A DNA stretch of 63,121 bases, the filler included, from Olpidium bornovanus S191 (taxonomy: Eukaryota; Fungi; Olpidiomycota): NCBI GenBank assembly GCA_017911155.1. It is 29 parts of 29 records of this genome, joined end to end, with 100 filler letters (N's around TTAATTAATTAA, not from the genome) between each part and the next. Parts side by side here need not be neighbours in the genome. Positions count along the whole stretch, not along the records: positions 45,779 to 47,637 come from JAEFCI010006764.1; positions 47,738 to 49,808 come from JAEFCI010012689.1; positions 49,909 to 52,528 come from JAEFCI010012547.1; positions 52,629 to 53,793 come from JAEFCI010009051.1; positions 53,894 to 55,195 come from JAEFCI010005961.1; positions 55,296 to 58,114 come from JAEFCI010009216.1; positions 58,215 to 59,420 come from JAEFCI010002107.1; positions 59,521 to 60,783 come from JAEFCI010003836.1; 21 more parts are not named here. One strand, 5' to 3'. The notes beneath the pieces were generated by a model. It was given only the letters and a program-made list of their open reading frames with translations, had not been told where the DNA came from and searched no databases. The position numbers and the translations under genes are program-made. This document shows, piece by piece, positions 47,100 to 61,995 of this stretch (positions are counted from its first letter, which is position 1; every line of letters starts with the position of its first letter).

Positions 47100-47637
47100 G
47101 GTGAGCGGCAGCAGCGATGAGCGGCGAGCGCAGCCGGCCGGCGATTGCGGCGGCGGCGTAGTTGGTGGTGGCGAGGTCGGCGAGCTCGGGGCCGGAAGGC
47201 GAGAAGCGAGCTCGGACGGCGATGGCGAAAGGCGAAGCGGAGCTGCAGGGCCGAAGGCGAAGCCGCGGGGGCCGAAGGTGAAAACGAGCTGTGGTGGAAA
47301 GCGGCGGCGGCCGGAAAGAGGCGGCAGCGGCCGGAAAGAGGCAGCGGCGGCCGGAAAGAGGCGGCGGCGGCCGGAAAGAGGCGGCGGCCGAGAGCGCAGC
47401 GGCGGCGAAGAGCGCAGCGGCGGCGAAGAGCGCAGCGGCGGCGAGAAAGCGCAGCTGATGCGCAGCGGCGGGTGCGCAGCGGCGACGGTGAGCGGCGGCG
47501 GATGCGCAGCGGCGGGTGCGCAGCGGCGGGTGCGCAGCGGCGGGTGCGCAGCGGCGACGGTGAGCGCGCAGCGGCGGCGATGGCGGCGGCGCTGCGGCGG
47601 CGAAGCGAGCTCGGGGCCGAAGGCGAAGCGAGCTCGG
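47100..47637. repeat. GC-rich compound minisatellite (GCGGCGGCCGGAAAGAG x4, AGCGCAGCGGCGGCGAAG x3, GCGCAGCGGCGGGT x~5)
   Basis: Directly visible tandem units. Confidence 0.85.
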
Positions 47638-48629
47638 NNNNNNNNNNNNNNNNNNNNNNNNNNNNNNNNNNNNNNNNNNNNTTAATTAATTAANNNNNNN
47701 NNNNNNNNNNNNNNNNNNNNNNNNNNNNNNNNNNNNNCATGCATTTTTGGCTTCTACAAAGGGTGGTAGCACTAGCTAACGTAATAACCACATAAACATA
47801 TGTTGTAATTGGTGGCGCCCGGGGCCGAAAAACGCCGCAGCACCGGTTAGAAGTACGGTTGGGGACAGGGAAGGTGCAGCCACGTGCACCCGGCATCGGT
47901 GCTACCGACGTTCTGCGGTCAGAGCCGAAAGGGCTATGCCCCAGTTCGAGATGCCCAGTTGGCGGCCGAGCCAGGCCGATTAAAATCAAACCGCGACTGC
48001 GCCCACGGGACGCGTCCGACAAGCGCGGTTCTGCCAGGCAGACACGGTGACCCGAGGGCACGGAGCCCCACGGTCGCTTCCCCACACACCCCCACCCCGA
48101 CCTTCAGATTCGACAAACGGACGAGGAGGGGTCTACGGGAGTTCCCGCGCCCGCTTATGTGTGGAAAGGACGGGCAGCGTAGGCTGGGCGGGCAGACGTG
48201 CGCGACACTTCTCATTCTTTTCTTCAACTTTCGAATTTTTCTCTGTTCTTTCTTCTCCTTTTTCTTTTTTTTGTCGCTCGTCTTCTCACGCCCGCGTTTG
48301 CCAACCGACCGGGCGGAAGTTTCTGCGCGGGCGGAGAGTTCCGAGCCGTCAGGCAGTAGGGGGGAAAAAGAAAAAAAGAAAAGAGTCTATTGGCGTGTAC
48401 GTTGGGGGATATAGACTCCGGGAACACGCCCGAACCTGCCCTTTGGCGCCACTCACTCCGGTCGATGGGCAGACATGACGAGAGGGCGGCCGTCATAGAG
48501 CCACAACGGTCCTGCCGTTGCTCGACGCTACAGGGGGCGGTGGTGGAAGCCGCGTGTAGTACGAAAGGCGCCGGGCGGCACGTCCTTCCCCCGCGCGCCC
48601 CGCGTCGCTCACACCCACGCCGCCCGACT

Positions 48630-49271
48630 TTACGGACTGTTGATTCCGGCCCTCTTGGCCACCCTCCTTCGCGGCGCGGGGAGCGTCATCGTCACGGATG
48701 AGTAGGTCGGCGCCGCCGACCGCCCGGTGCTCCTCGAGGAGAACGACTCGGACGGCGCGAGGCGCGGCAGCGGGCGGCGGTCGTGGCCCTCGTCGTCCCG
48801 CCCGTCGTCCGTGCCGCCCGCGCGGGGCCCGCGGCCAAGCCCGCCGTAGTTCGCTTCGGGGCGGCGAGGTCCGACGGCCGACGTGGACGCGCCTTTGCAG
48901 CAACAGTCACCCCGGTCGCCGCCGCCGCCGCCGCCGCCGCAGACTCGTGCGGCCGCGGAACCCGAGTCGCCGCCGTCCAGATTTCTCCCGGCTTGCCTCC
49001 TCCGCGCCGGCTTGCCGCCTTCGCCGTTCTTGTCGTGGGCCCGCTTGTCCGGGTCTTTCTCCTTCCCCTTCTTCCTCCGGGCCGCCCTGCGGTTCTTCTT
49101 CGCGCGCCGGGCGCCCGGGCCGCCGTCGTCCGCTTCTGGCGGCGGCGGCCACGGGTGCGCCGCGCGGGCGCCGGGCAGGTGGCAGCGGCAGCAGGTGGCG
49201 AGGTGCGAGAGCTGGATGGCGCAGATGCAGAAGCACTCGGCGGCAGACCGCAGGAAGACGAGGCAGGCCAT
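48630..49271 (-). CDS. Hypothetical protein exon (Cys-rich N-terminus, K/R-rich stretch)
   Basis: ATG-initiated 213-aa ORF downstream of a pyrimidine-rich tract. No recognisable domain. Confidence 0.35.
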   Translation of the reverse strand: MACLVFLRSAAECFCICAIQLSHLATCCRCHLPGARAAHPWPPPPEADDGGPGARRAKKNRRAARRKKGKEKDPDKRAHDKNGEGGKPARRRQAGRNLDGGDSGSAAARVCGGGGGGGDRGDCCCKGASTSAVGPRRPEANYGGLGRGPRAGGTDDGRDDEGHDRRPLPRLAPSESFSSRSTGRSAAPTYSSVTMTLPAPRRRVAKRAGINSP

Positions 49272-49412
49272 GTTGGGGCGGGCGCAGGCACGGCGCGGAG
49301 GCGGGCAGGCCGAGGGAGAAGGAGGAGGAGGAGAAGGAGCGGCTCGCGCGTGTGGGCCGGAGGGCGGAAGAGGAGGATCGGGAAAAACGACCGAACGGCC
49401 GGCCGTCTTTCG

Positions 49413-49443
<31 letters not shown>

Positions 49444-50644
49444 ACTCACACACACTCTCTCACACTCTCTCCTGCCTGCCTTGGGCGGGGGGACTGACCC
49501 GAAATCTCTCCCCCTTTTTTTCTTTGCCCCCGCTCGTCCCCCCCCCCCTCCCCCCCGCCCCGCGTGTAGAGAATAAAGGGGCAAAATAAAGGGGGAAGCT
49601 TAGACACTGCGCGCACCAGCCAGCGTTGCCCCTTTGTAGAATCCCCAGCTCCCGTGGTATAAACTAGGGCCAGAGCAAACTAGTACACAAACGCCTACAG
49701 TTCTCCTTTTCTTCGCCTTCGTCTTCGGCCCGGCTCCAGCAGGTTATGAGCCCAAACCAACGACTCCCTGTCCAAAGCAAAGAAGAGGAAAAGGAAAGGC
49801 CAACCATGNNNNNNNNNNNNNNNNNNNNNNNNNNNNNNNNNNNNNNNNNNNNTTAATTAATTAANNNNNNNNNNNNNNNNNNNNNNNNNNNNNNNNNNNN
49901 NNNNNNNNACCCCCCCCCCCCCCCCCCCCCGGGGGGGGGGAAGGGGGGGGGGGGGGGAGGTCAGACCAAACCAGGCGTGCGACCGCGCGATCATTCGCAC
50001 GACTATTTATGTTCCTTCCGCGCGCCGCGCACCCCCTCGGCCGTGGCGGGATGGGGGTGGGGGGTTTGGTCTACCGGCCGCCGAAGGGGCGCGGTGCGCG
50101 TGCTGTCGGCCCAGGAGGCACGAGCATAGAGAGGCGGACGGCAGCCCCGCCGCGCGGGGCAAGGGGGGGGGGGGGGGGGGGGGGGGAAACAGGGACAGGC
50201 AAATCTATTATGCGTAGAGAAGAGAGCCCGTGCGAGCCATCCGATCTTCATTACTTTGGACGGCCGGAGGTGGGGTGTGTAGGAGATTGGGTGCAGCGCA
50301 ATGGGGCGGGGGGGCGGGGGGGCGGTTGGGGAAGGGGTGGGGGGATAACTCGGCTTTGAACGGGAAGATGAAGAATGAGGAAGAATAGTACGGCTCGGCG
50401 GAGCGAGTCTACGTAGCTGGCGGCATCCGGGTTTCTCCGGGAAGGCGCTGATGGACGTAATTTAAAGCTAGAGAGTGTTGTGTATACACAGGGCTTCACC
50501 ACGAGAGGATGTGGGGAATGGGAAACGGGCAGGAAGAGGGGGGGGGATGGTGTAAGTCTTGGTCGTGCGATGGGCGGCGGCTCGAGAAACCATTTTTGGG
50601 GGGTGGGTGGGTCCCCCGCGCGGGCGCGGGGGCCGGCCGTCCGC

Positions 50645-52177
50645 TCAGTTTTCTTTGTCGTCGTCGTCGCCGCGGGGACCGTCGACGGCGGGCCAGGCGC
50701 CGCCGCGGGGACCGTCGACGGCGGGCCAGGCGCCGCCGCGGCGGCCGAAGTGCTGGCCGTCTGCGCCGAGCCGGTCGCGGCCGGACGTCCCGTGCGTCCC
50801 CGTTTGCGTCGAAACGGACGCGAAGGACGTGCACGCCTCGCCGCCGTCCCCCTCGCTTTCCGAAACGAAGCTCCCGCCTTCGGCCGGCGGGCCGCGGCAT
50901 TTGCGGGGGCCGCCGGCGCTTCCCGCCGCCTTGCGGATGGGGATCGGGCCGTCCCGGCGGATCGGGACGGCCGGCCGGTGCGCGCGTTCGACGCCGCGCG
51001 GGGGGTCGGCGGCGGCGGCGGCAACCTCTGGGCAGCCTTTGTGATCCGAGCTCCGGACGCGGTGCCGCTTCGCCGACCGTTCGATTCGCGAGCAGCTGGC
51101 GTCCTTCGCGGGATCCTCGGAAAACGCCGGCGGGCCGGCCTGCCCCCGCGGCGCCCGGGTGATGACCGTGTCCCCGTCCAGCCAGCCGTCGCCGAAATGC
51201 AGGTTCAGGAACATGTCGACCAGCTCGTCCTCCGTCACGTCTTTCTGGTCAACCCGGGCGTCCGGATCGTGGAAGACGGGCGGCAGGCCGGAGAGGTAGG
51301 CCTTCACTCCGGCGCGGCCCTGCTCCGTCATGAGGTGCGGGACGCCTCCGGGTTTGCCGTCCGCGTGGGGGATTCCCTTCGAGGGGACGCTGACCCGCTC
51401 GCCGGTGGAGTAGAGGTCGACGACCGACAGCTCCCCGAGGGCGCCTTGGCGGAAGCGGGTTCCGGGAGCGGCCTTGCTCTTCGCGACGTCCAGCGGGAGC
51501 GGCCGGACGAGCTCGCCGTCGGGCCCCGCCGCCGCGCGCTCCGTCTCCACCTGCTCCCGAAGATTCCGGATCGTCGTCTCGGGCTGCTCGAACGCCTCCC
51601 CGTCTCTGCCGCGGTCGTCTTTCGGGTCGACTCCCGGAAGAGGCTTGGGCGGCGCCCGGTTTTCCTTGTCGCCGTCGTCGTCGTCTTCGGCGGGCGCGTC
51701 GGCCCCGCCTTCGCGCGCCGCCGCCGGGCGCGGCGCCGCGGGCGCCGGGGTGTCGGACCGGCAGTTCTCCGGCCTCGGCGTCCTCCCGGCGGCGACGCCC
51801 TGGTTCGCCTGCGCGAAGCGTCCTCCAAAGGGCTTCTTGACCAGGGCGTCTTCTTCTTCGACGGATCCCGCGCACGCCCGGTCGCCGGCGGGCGCGTTGA
51901 CGAGGAGGCTGAACGGCTTGCGCGCGCCCCGCTGCTGCGGCGCCGAGGTCGACAGGGCGGCTTTCTTGCGGGAGGCGAGCCGCCGAGGGGTGCGGCCGAG
52001 GACCTTTAGGTGCGTCCCCGGAGGACCGGCCAGGTTCTCGTCGCGCATGTCCACGTCGCCAAGCTGCAGGCCGGCGAACCCGTTGGTGAGCTCGCCGGGC
52101 GCGGCGCGATCCCCCTTGGGATCGAAGAAAATGGCGTCGCCGGGCAGGGCGTGCCTGTCACGGATCCCGAGCATTGC
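50645..52177 (-). CDS. Final exon of a disordered protein with a D-box-like motif and two KEN boxes
   Basis: 509-aa ORF after a T-rich/AAG acceptor. Contains RKPFSLLVN, GDKEN and terminal DDDDKEN*. Confidence 0.6.
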   Translation of the reverse strand, partial: AMLGIRDRHALPGDAIFFDPKGDRAAPGELTNGFAGLQLGDVDMRDENLAGPPGTHLKVLGRTPRRLASRKKAALSTSAPQQRGARKPFSLLVNAPAGDRACAGSVEEEDALVKKPFGGRFAQANQGVAAGRTPRPENCRSDTPAPAAPRPAAAREGGADAPAEDDDDGDKENRAPPKPLPGVDPKDDRGRDGEAFEQPETTIRNLREQVETERAAAGPDGELVRPLPLDVAKSKAAPGTRFRQGALGELSVVDLYSTGERVSVPSKGIPHADGKPGGVPHLMTEQGRAGVKAYLSGLPPVFHDPDARVDQKDVTEDELVDMFLNLHFGDGWLDGDTVITRAPRGQAGPPAFSEDPAKDASCSRIERSAKRHRVRSSDHKGCPEVAAAAADPPRGVERAHRPAVPIRRDGPIPIRKAAGSAGGPRKCRGPPAEGGSFVSESEGDGGEACTSFASVSTQTGTHGTSGRDRLGADGQHFGRRGGAWPAVDGPRGGAWPAVDGPRGDDDDKEN

Positions 52178-52454
52178 TTTTTGTTGGGTTTCTTTTTTTT
52201 TTCGGTTTTCCTCTTCGATCCTAGACCAGGCGCGGAAGGGGCGTGGTGCGAGGGCGGGGAAAACGCGGTTAAGGTGCGTACCGGTCGCGTTAGAACTTCG
52301 CTGCTTCGGTCCCCCCCGCGCGGAGGGGGGGGGGAATCGAGAAAGGATGGGGGGAAGACGAGGGCCAGACGCGGCCCAGGGAGAAAGCGGCGCAAAAAGC
52401 GCGTCGACGGCCGGGCCGGTCGGTCGAGCGGGGGGGGGGGGGGGGGGGGGGGCC

Positions 52455-52528
<74 letters not shown>

Positions 52529-52628
52529 NNNNNNNNNNNNNNNNNNNNNNNNNNNNNNNNNNNNNNNNNNNNTTAATTAATTAANNNNNNNNNNNNNNNN
52601 NNNNNNNNNNNNNNNNNNNNNNNNNNNN

Positions 52629-52629
52629 G

Positions 52630-52674
<45 letters not shown>

Positions 52675-52692
52675 CCCCCCCGTCTTTCAAAG

Positions 52693-52725
<33 letters not shown>

Positions 52726-53074
52726 GGAGGGGCGGAAACGTTGCCGGCCGGGGTCCGCGGCGCGGGGGAGGAGAAAAAAAAAAAAAGAAAGAAAAAAAAA
52801 ACGCGCTGGGAGGTTTTTTCACCCGCCCTCCTCCCCCCCCTCTTGCTCTCCCCTCCCGGCGCTACCCTCCCGACGCCGCGGGGTCCGCCCGACGAGAGAG
52901 AGCAAAAGAGCAGAGGAAGAGAGAGAGAGAGAGAGGGAGGGAGAGCGAAAGAGAGAAAGGAGACGTGTCTGTCTTGGCCGGGGAGGAGAGGCGTGGGGGA
53001 GACCCCGGGGGGCGGGGGGGGGGGGGGGGGAGGGGGGGGGGGGGGGGGGGAAGGCGGGGGGGGGGGGGGGGGGG

Positions 53075-53108
<34 letters not shown>

Positions 53109-53483
53109 CGGATAGCGCGTCGGGGCAAAGGAAAAAAGAAGTAAAAAATTTTCCGGCGGAGGGGGGAGAGGTTAGGCCAACACAAAAAGATTTATCAAAA
53201 AATTCCCCGGCTCGCGCGCTCCCTCCTTGCCCTTTCCGGGGGGCACACAACAAAAACACCGCACAAGCAGCAACCAGAACCCCGCAGCTGATACCGTTAC
53301 AACATCGCCTTCCCCCCTGGTGAAGAGAGGGGGAAGACCAAAACCAAAAAGCGGGCCGCCGTCTTCTTTTGCCTCTCTGCTTTCTCTATCTTTCTCGTTC
53401 TATCTCTCTCTTCTCTCTCTCTCTCTCTCTCTCTCTGCGCGCTCGCGGCCTCGCTGTCACGTCCACCTCGTCTCTCTCCCCCG

Positions 53484-53562
<79 letters not shown>

Positions 53563-53793
53563 ACCCCCCCCCCCCCCGAAATCCTCCCCCCCACCACCTT
53601 CCCCCTTCCCCCGCCTCCCGCGCGCCAAAAGAAAAAAAAAAACCTCTTAAAAGGCCCGCCCCGCACCGCTTCCTACCCCGGGTCCCCCCTGCCGCGACAG
53701 GCAAAACAAACAAAACTAAAAAAAAAAAAAAAAAAAAAAAAATCCCCAACCCCCCCACGCGCGGGGCCGCCCCCCCCCCCCGGACCCCCCAAA
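52629..53793. repeat. Contig made almost entirely of homopolymer and dinucleotide low-complexity sequence
   Basis: Poly-T, (GT)n, (GA)n, poly-G, (CT)n and poly-C tracts. Confidence 0.85.
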
Positions 53794-55119
53794 NNNNNNN
53801 NNNNNNNNNNNNNNNNNNNNNNNNNNNNNNNNNNNNNTTAATTAATTAANNNNNNNNNNNNNNNNNNNNNNNNNNNNNNNNNNNNNNNNNNNNCATGCTG
53901 GGAGGCCGGTACACGAGCGCATCGCTTGCTCGTTCTCTCTCTCTTTCTTTCTCTCTCGCTCTCTCTCTTTTCCGTTTTTTCACTCTCCCAACCAAAGTCT
54001 GTTGGTTGTCGGGTACATATTGCAAGCCGTTTCACCACCGGGAAGGAGGGTGTGGGAGGGTTGCACGTTTCATCGCCCACTTCACAAAGTGAGAAATGTC
54101 AACGGATGACCCAATTAAGGCGCAACAAAAACATTTAACGCGGCGATTCCCTCAAAAATTTTTATGTTGCTTTTACAGTAGTCTTTGCCTTTTTTGATTT
54201 CTTATCCTTTTTCTGCACTAAGATACTTTCGGGCGTAAGAATGAGCGCCGCCGACTGACGACAATGATGACCGCTAAATCGAAGGCTGCGGACCGCTCGC
54301 GCTCTTGGGCCGTCCATAGATCATTCTGGTTTTCCAATTTTTAGCTGCGGCGAGATGCAGCTATAGCCTGCTGAAAATGCAAACCTTCCCGCGAGATGCA
54401 ACAGCCAATCAGTCAATCACTGTCGGAATATTGCTAGCTTTTACCGGGCCGGCTTCCCGCCAACCACAGATTTTGTCACGGTTGCAAAGGCCAGCGCAGC
54501 TGAAACAAAAGCGGAACGTACAATGAAACTGGGACTGAATTGCGACGGCCTCGAAACTATTGTACAATTCTTTTTAGAAAATTGCCAGAGAAGAGCAGGA
54601 GAAAGGAGGGGGGATGGAAGGTGGGTAGGGGTACGGCATCTTCTGCCGTTTGCCTATCAGTCGCCGTCCAACCCGGGCACCGCCGAGGTCATTTGAAGAG
54701 ACGGACAAAAGAAATCATCGGGGGTTCTGAAGTTCCGCGCACGGCAGCCTCTCCTGGCCCGGGGACGCCATTCCGTGTCTCACGTCATGTCGGAACAAAC
54801 CAAGGGTGAACGTTGATTCGCTGAAGGCTGTTTTTGTTTGTTTTCTTTTTTTTTCGCCTTGGGAAGTCCAAAGAAAATTCTCTCGCAACAGGAATCGCCG
54901 AGAGAGAGGGAGAGAGAAGTCCCGTTCAGTAAGCGGAAGGTAAGACAGTCAAGTCTACAAACATCCCCGCCGGGGCGGTACGGCAGTGCCGTTATCGTTC
55001 GGACGGGGCGGGGTGTGGGGGTGTTGTCTCGACCGTTTTCGCCGTACGCGTCGCGCGGCTCTCCCCATGTCTCCCCGCTTTCGGCAGGTCGGGACCCCCT
55101 ATTTGGCCCCCGGGGGCGT

Positions 55120-55195
<76 letters not shown>

Positions 55196-55426
55196 NNNNN
55201 NNNNNNNNNNNNNNNNNNNNNNNNNNNNNNNNNNNNNNNTTAATTAATTAANNNNNNNNNNNNNNNNNNNNNNNNNNNNNNNNNNNNNNNNNNNNCATGA
55301 CGATTCCGCCCCTCCGCTTCTCTCGGCTGGATGAAAATCCCGGGCGCCGCCGCACGTGAGCGTCCGGGAAAAATCTTCGGTGGGCCTCGGGCGGCCAAGA
55401 AAAAAAAAAACAAAAAAAAAAAAAAG

Positions 55427-57797
<2,371 letters not shown>

Positions 57798-57831
57798 GGC
57801 CCGGCCGCCTTTGGGGCGCGCGGGCGTTTTG

Positions 57832-57866
<35 letters not shown>

Positions 57867-59989
57867 AGGCGGCGGACCGAAGAAGGGCGGGCGGAGAGTT
57901 CCCGCCGTCGAGGTCAGGGGGGGCGGGGGAGGAGGAAAATAAACAACAAAAAAATAAAACAAATAAAAAAGGGTTATTCTCACTTACCCGCCCCATGAGC
58001 ACGATTATTAGCCTACACACCTCCGTAACCCTAACCGTAACACCCGATACTCCCCCCACCCGAGCCACGATAGCCAGTGTCAGACCAAACCACGAAAAAA
58101 AACCCCCCGTATTCNNNNNNNNNNNNNNNNNNNNNNNNNNNNNNNNNNNNNNNNNNNNTTAATTAATTAANNNNNNNNNNNNNNNNNNNNNNNNNNNNNN
58201 NNNNNNNNNNNNNNCCATGGAGATGCCAACGTCCGCCAATGCTGGAGGGGCGCCTGCAAGCTTGCACTCCGCGCATCTTAGAACCCAACCCCCCCCCCCC
58301 CCCACCTCCGACGAAATGCGGGCGACATCATAACTCTCTCCCTGGCGTCTTTCGTTCTCGACTCCCGCGCGCCCACGCCCGGCGACGTTTTCAACCCTCC
58401 TGGCCCGTCCGGCTCGCCCCTTCTCTGCTCTCCTTCCGCTTTCCCCTTCCCCCCCCCCCCCCCCCTCCCGCCCCCCAACCCCGCCCCCCGCTCCTCCCCG
58501 TCCGCTTTGTTTTCTTTTTCATGCGGGATTGTCAGCGGACGGCGGGCGTACGGTCAAGAAAAGAAGAAAGAAAGAGAACGCAGGAAAAGCGAACCCTGCG
58601 GCGGGGTATAAAAAACGGGCGGGGTCCCGTCTCCTTTTTTTTTTGTTTTTTTGTTTTTTTTTTTTTTTTTTCCCCAACGTAAGCGCGGCGGTGAGAGAAG
58701 AAGAGGAGAGAGAGAAAACGCGCGCGCGTCGCACTTCCCCCGCTCCGTCCCCGCCCTTCCCCCCCCCCCAGCCCGCCGCCGCCGGCAGACGCGCAACCGT
58801 AGGAGCCGGGGTCCTCTCCGCCGCCTTCGCGCCCAGGGCGCAACCCCCGCGCGAGACACGCAGCCGCGGAGCGGTCCTCCGTCCTTCGCCGCCCGGGCGC
58901 ACCCTGCCCCCGCGAGACTCGCGGCGTCTTTCGCCCGGCGGAACAACAAAGCGCTCCCCGGCGGCCGCAAGAAAAAGAAAAAAACAAAGCGACCCGAGAA
59001 ATTTTAAGGCCGCTTGCGCTCTCTCGCGCCGACGCGCGCCAGACAGACAGACCGAGGCGAGACAGAAGTGAGACGGAGAGGAGACGCACGGGAGACGTCC
59101 CTGCCCGGAAGCAGAAAAAAAACAAAACGAAAAGCGGTGGGTGCGCGCGGTGACCCCGAGGTTTTTTCCGCGTGGGACGGGCGCGCACGGGGGAAGGAAG
59201 GGGGCCGGTGGGGAGGAGGGAGGGGGAGAGGGGCCCGGCCCGGCCGCGCACGGTGGCGGGCGCTATGGGAGGGGGGGCGGTGATCGAGCCGCTTCTAAAC
59301 ATTTCGCGGCTGACCGTGCTCCTTTTGCGGCTGACCACGACCAGCGCCTCCGTTTTCGCGTTTTCACCTTCAGATTGTCGTTTCACAGGCAAGACTTTCT
59401 CAAAATGGGCGTGATCACGCNNNNNNNNNNNNNNNNNNNNNNNNNNNNNNNNNNNNNNNNNNNNTTAATTAATTAANNNNNNNNNNNNNNNNNNNNNNNN
59501 NNNNNNNNNNNNNNNNNNNNCATGGGTGGGGGAAGAGAGAGAGAAAGTCGGGAGGTTTGCGACGCGCGTTGTTTTCATTTTTTTTCGCCTCGTGTCCTCC
59601 TCTCGCTATCTCTGTCGTTCCGCTCCCGCTCGTCTTCTCCCTCATCCTTCCTCCCCCTTCTCGGAGCAATCTTAACTATAACTATAAAGCATCCGTTCAG
59701 ATATAATATAGTGTTTGCTTCACCAAAATTGACTTGAACTGTAACTTCTCACGCCCGTGCAGCCAAAACATTCCACTTTCTGGTTGGCGGACCGCGAAAA
59801 AAAAACACCCCAATCACCTGCGCGGTAAACTGCTCGTGCCTCGCTTCGTTTGCTTGCGTTCCCAAGCCCTTCCCCATACTGTACACTTTGATGTTCACTT
59901 CATTTTTAGATATGTAATTATACTAGCTGTTCGGCCGGCCCTCCGGCCGGGCCTGCACAACTCTGAGCTACGTCCCAAAGGATATCTTA

Positions 59990-60470
59990 AACCACCCTCC
60001 GCGTACCTCCGAAAGCCACAATGCAAACAGGCATATCTGCAGGTATGGACGTGCAAGATTCGTTGTTGGTGACAGTGTAACATGAGACAGCTTGCCTGAA
60101 GCATCCACCAAAACAAGAACATAATGGAACGGCCCACTGTGTGAGTGGATCGGTCCACAAATGTCTCTCTGAAGTCTTGCGAGTAGCTCGGGAATTCTGT
60201 TGGTGACTTCCAACGTAAAGGACGGAAAATTAGTTTTTCTTTTGCACATGCTAGGTAAGTAGTATTGCGGCTGGAGGAAGTGGTGTGTCCCGCGAGGCAA
60301 TGACAGCTGCTGGCGAAATATTGTTTTGCCTGGATGTCCAGTCGCTTGAGATGGTGCCTGTCAATGACACCTGTCCCACGGTTGCGATGTTGCGGGAGTT
60401 GGCCCCGTCGATGGAGAAAGCCTCGGACTCGAAGGCGACCAGGCAGCGTAGCTCGTTGGGGGGTGGCCAT
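59990..60470 (-). mobile_element. Degenerate Ty1/copia integrase, Bianca-like
   Basis: LACAKEKLIFRP /frameshift/ LLARLQRDICGPIHSHSGPFHYVLVLVDASGKLSHVTLSPTTNLA. Confidence 0.85.
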
Positions 60471-60883
60471 GATACATCGTGTAGACGCAGCGGATTTTGT
60501 GGTGAGAAGGTGGTGGGGCGCTGTGCCGCAACGCCAGAGTCGAAGAGGAGCTGGTGTGAAGGTTCTCTCCGCCGTTGCGGTTCTCAGGAAAGACGGTACA
60601 GTGGCTCAGAGGGCGGCGCAGTGGCGGCGACCAAAAAGTGGGGAGGCGCGCGGGAGCTTCCCGGCGGAAAGGGTGCGAGAGAGCGAGCGGGCAGGCGGCC
60701 GGACGAGTGTGCTGGTGGCGACGGCCGAGACTCTTCCCACGGCGCAGACAGAAGACGATTGTTTAGCTTCGGGGCTCGGGGAGNNNNNNNNNNNNNNNNN
60801 NNNNNNNNNNNNNNNNNNNNNNNNNNNTTAATTAATTAANNNNNNNNNNNNNNNNNNNNNNNNNNNNNNNNNNNNNNNNNNNN

Positions 60884-61581
60884 CATGACTTTCCCGGTCA
60901 TACAGCAGATTTCCACGTCGCTGCGGATCATCGCCGGCGAGGACGGCACGGACTCCGGCCAGAAACGACTGAAGCAGCTCCACTTCAACGCCCGCTACTT
61001 TTCGACGCGGCTGCGGCATATGGGATTCATAGTTTACGGCGAAGAGAGCTCCCCCGTCGTGCCGCTGCTGCTGTTCAATCCCGCGAAGATCTCGTAGGTT
61101 CACCGGGGACCTTTTTCGCTTTTTTATTTTTCTTTCGCTGTCTTTTTTTTGTTTGTGTTTGCAGTCTGATTCCTGGGAATTTCGTTTTGGCACAAGTGCG
61201 TTTTCGCGAGAATGCCTGAGAAGAGGAATGGCTGTCGTCGTCGTCGGATACCCGGCGACGCCGATCATCTCCAGCAGAGTACGCTTCTGTCTGTCCGCCG
61301 CGCATTCCCGGAAGGACCTGGACTGGGTTCTGCAAAGACTAAGGTGGGACGAGAAGGCGATTTTCGGTTCTGCGAACGCCGCTTTATTGGCCTCCCGCGC
61401 TGATTTTATGCAAACTTCTTTTTTTTTGCTGTTTTCCAGCGAGGTCGGCGACGTGCTGGACTTGAAATACCGGAACCCGTGGTTCGGAAAGCCGTCGCGG
61501 GCCGCGCCGTCCAGCCCGCTGCCGGAAGACCCGTCGGCGCTGGACGACGTGAAAGACTGGTGGACGAGCGCCGAGGAGTAG
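60884..61581 (+). CDS. LCB2: Serine palmitoyltransferase subunit 2, C-terminal three exons
   Basis: [54 protein letters not shown]|[36 protein letters not shown]. Confidence 0.95.
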
Positions 61582-61781
61582 GACGGCCCCCCCCCCCCCC
61601 GGCCCCCCGGCCCCGGGGGATTTTCGCACTCCGCCCCCGAGGGGACGACGATTTGCAATTCTCTTCGCGAAACAAAAACCCGCGCGCGCGCGCGCGCTCG
61701 TGTCGCCGCCGCCCCCGTTCTGCTATATTTGAGCTAATATCCCCCGTTCTCTTTATTAATCAAGTGGGCCTTCCCCACTCT

Positions 61782-61884
<103 letters not shown>

Positions 61885-61995
61885 CCCCCCCCCCNNNNNN
61901 NNNNNNNNNNNNNNNNNNNNNNNNNNNNNNNNNNNNNNTTAATTAATTAANNNNNNNNNNNNNNNNNNNNNNNNNNNNNNNNNNNNNNNNNNNNC

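Noticed and set aside
47810-47825. TGGTGGCGCCCG as a second PBS
   Set aside because: No adjacent LTR-terminal CA and no downstream gag.
48493-48530. RTVVAL resembling the SH3 ALYD motif
   Set aside because: There is a stop in frame and no remaining SH3 sequence.
54262-54374. C/D snoRNA candidate (ATGATGA...CTGA)
   Set aside because: No terminal stem or identifiable rRNA guide.
58025-58045. TAACCCTAACCGTAAC as a telomere repeat
   Set aside because: Only one true CCCTAA unit.
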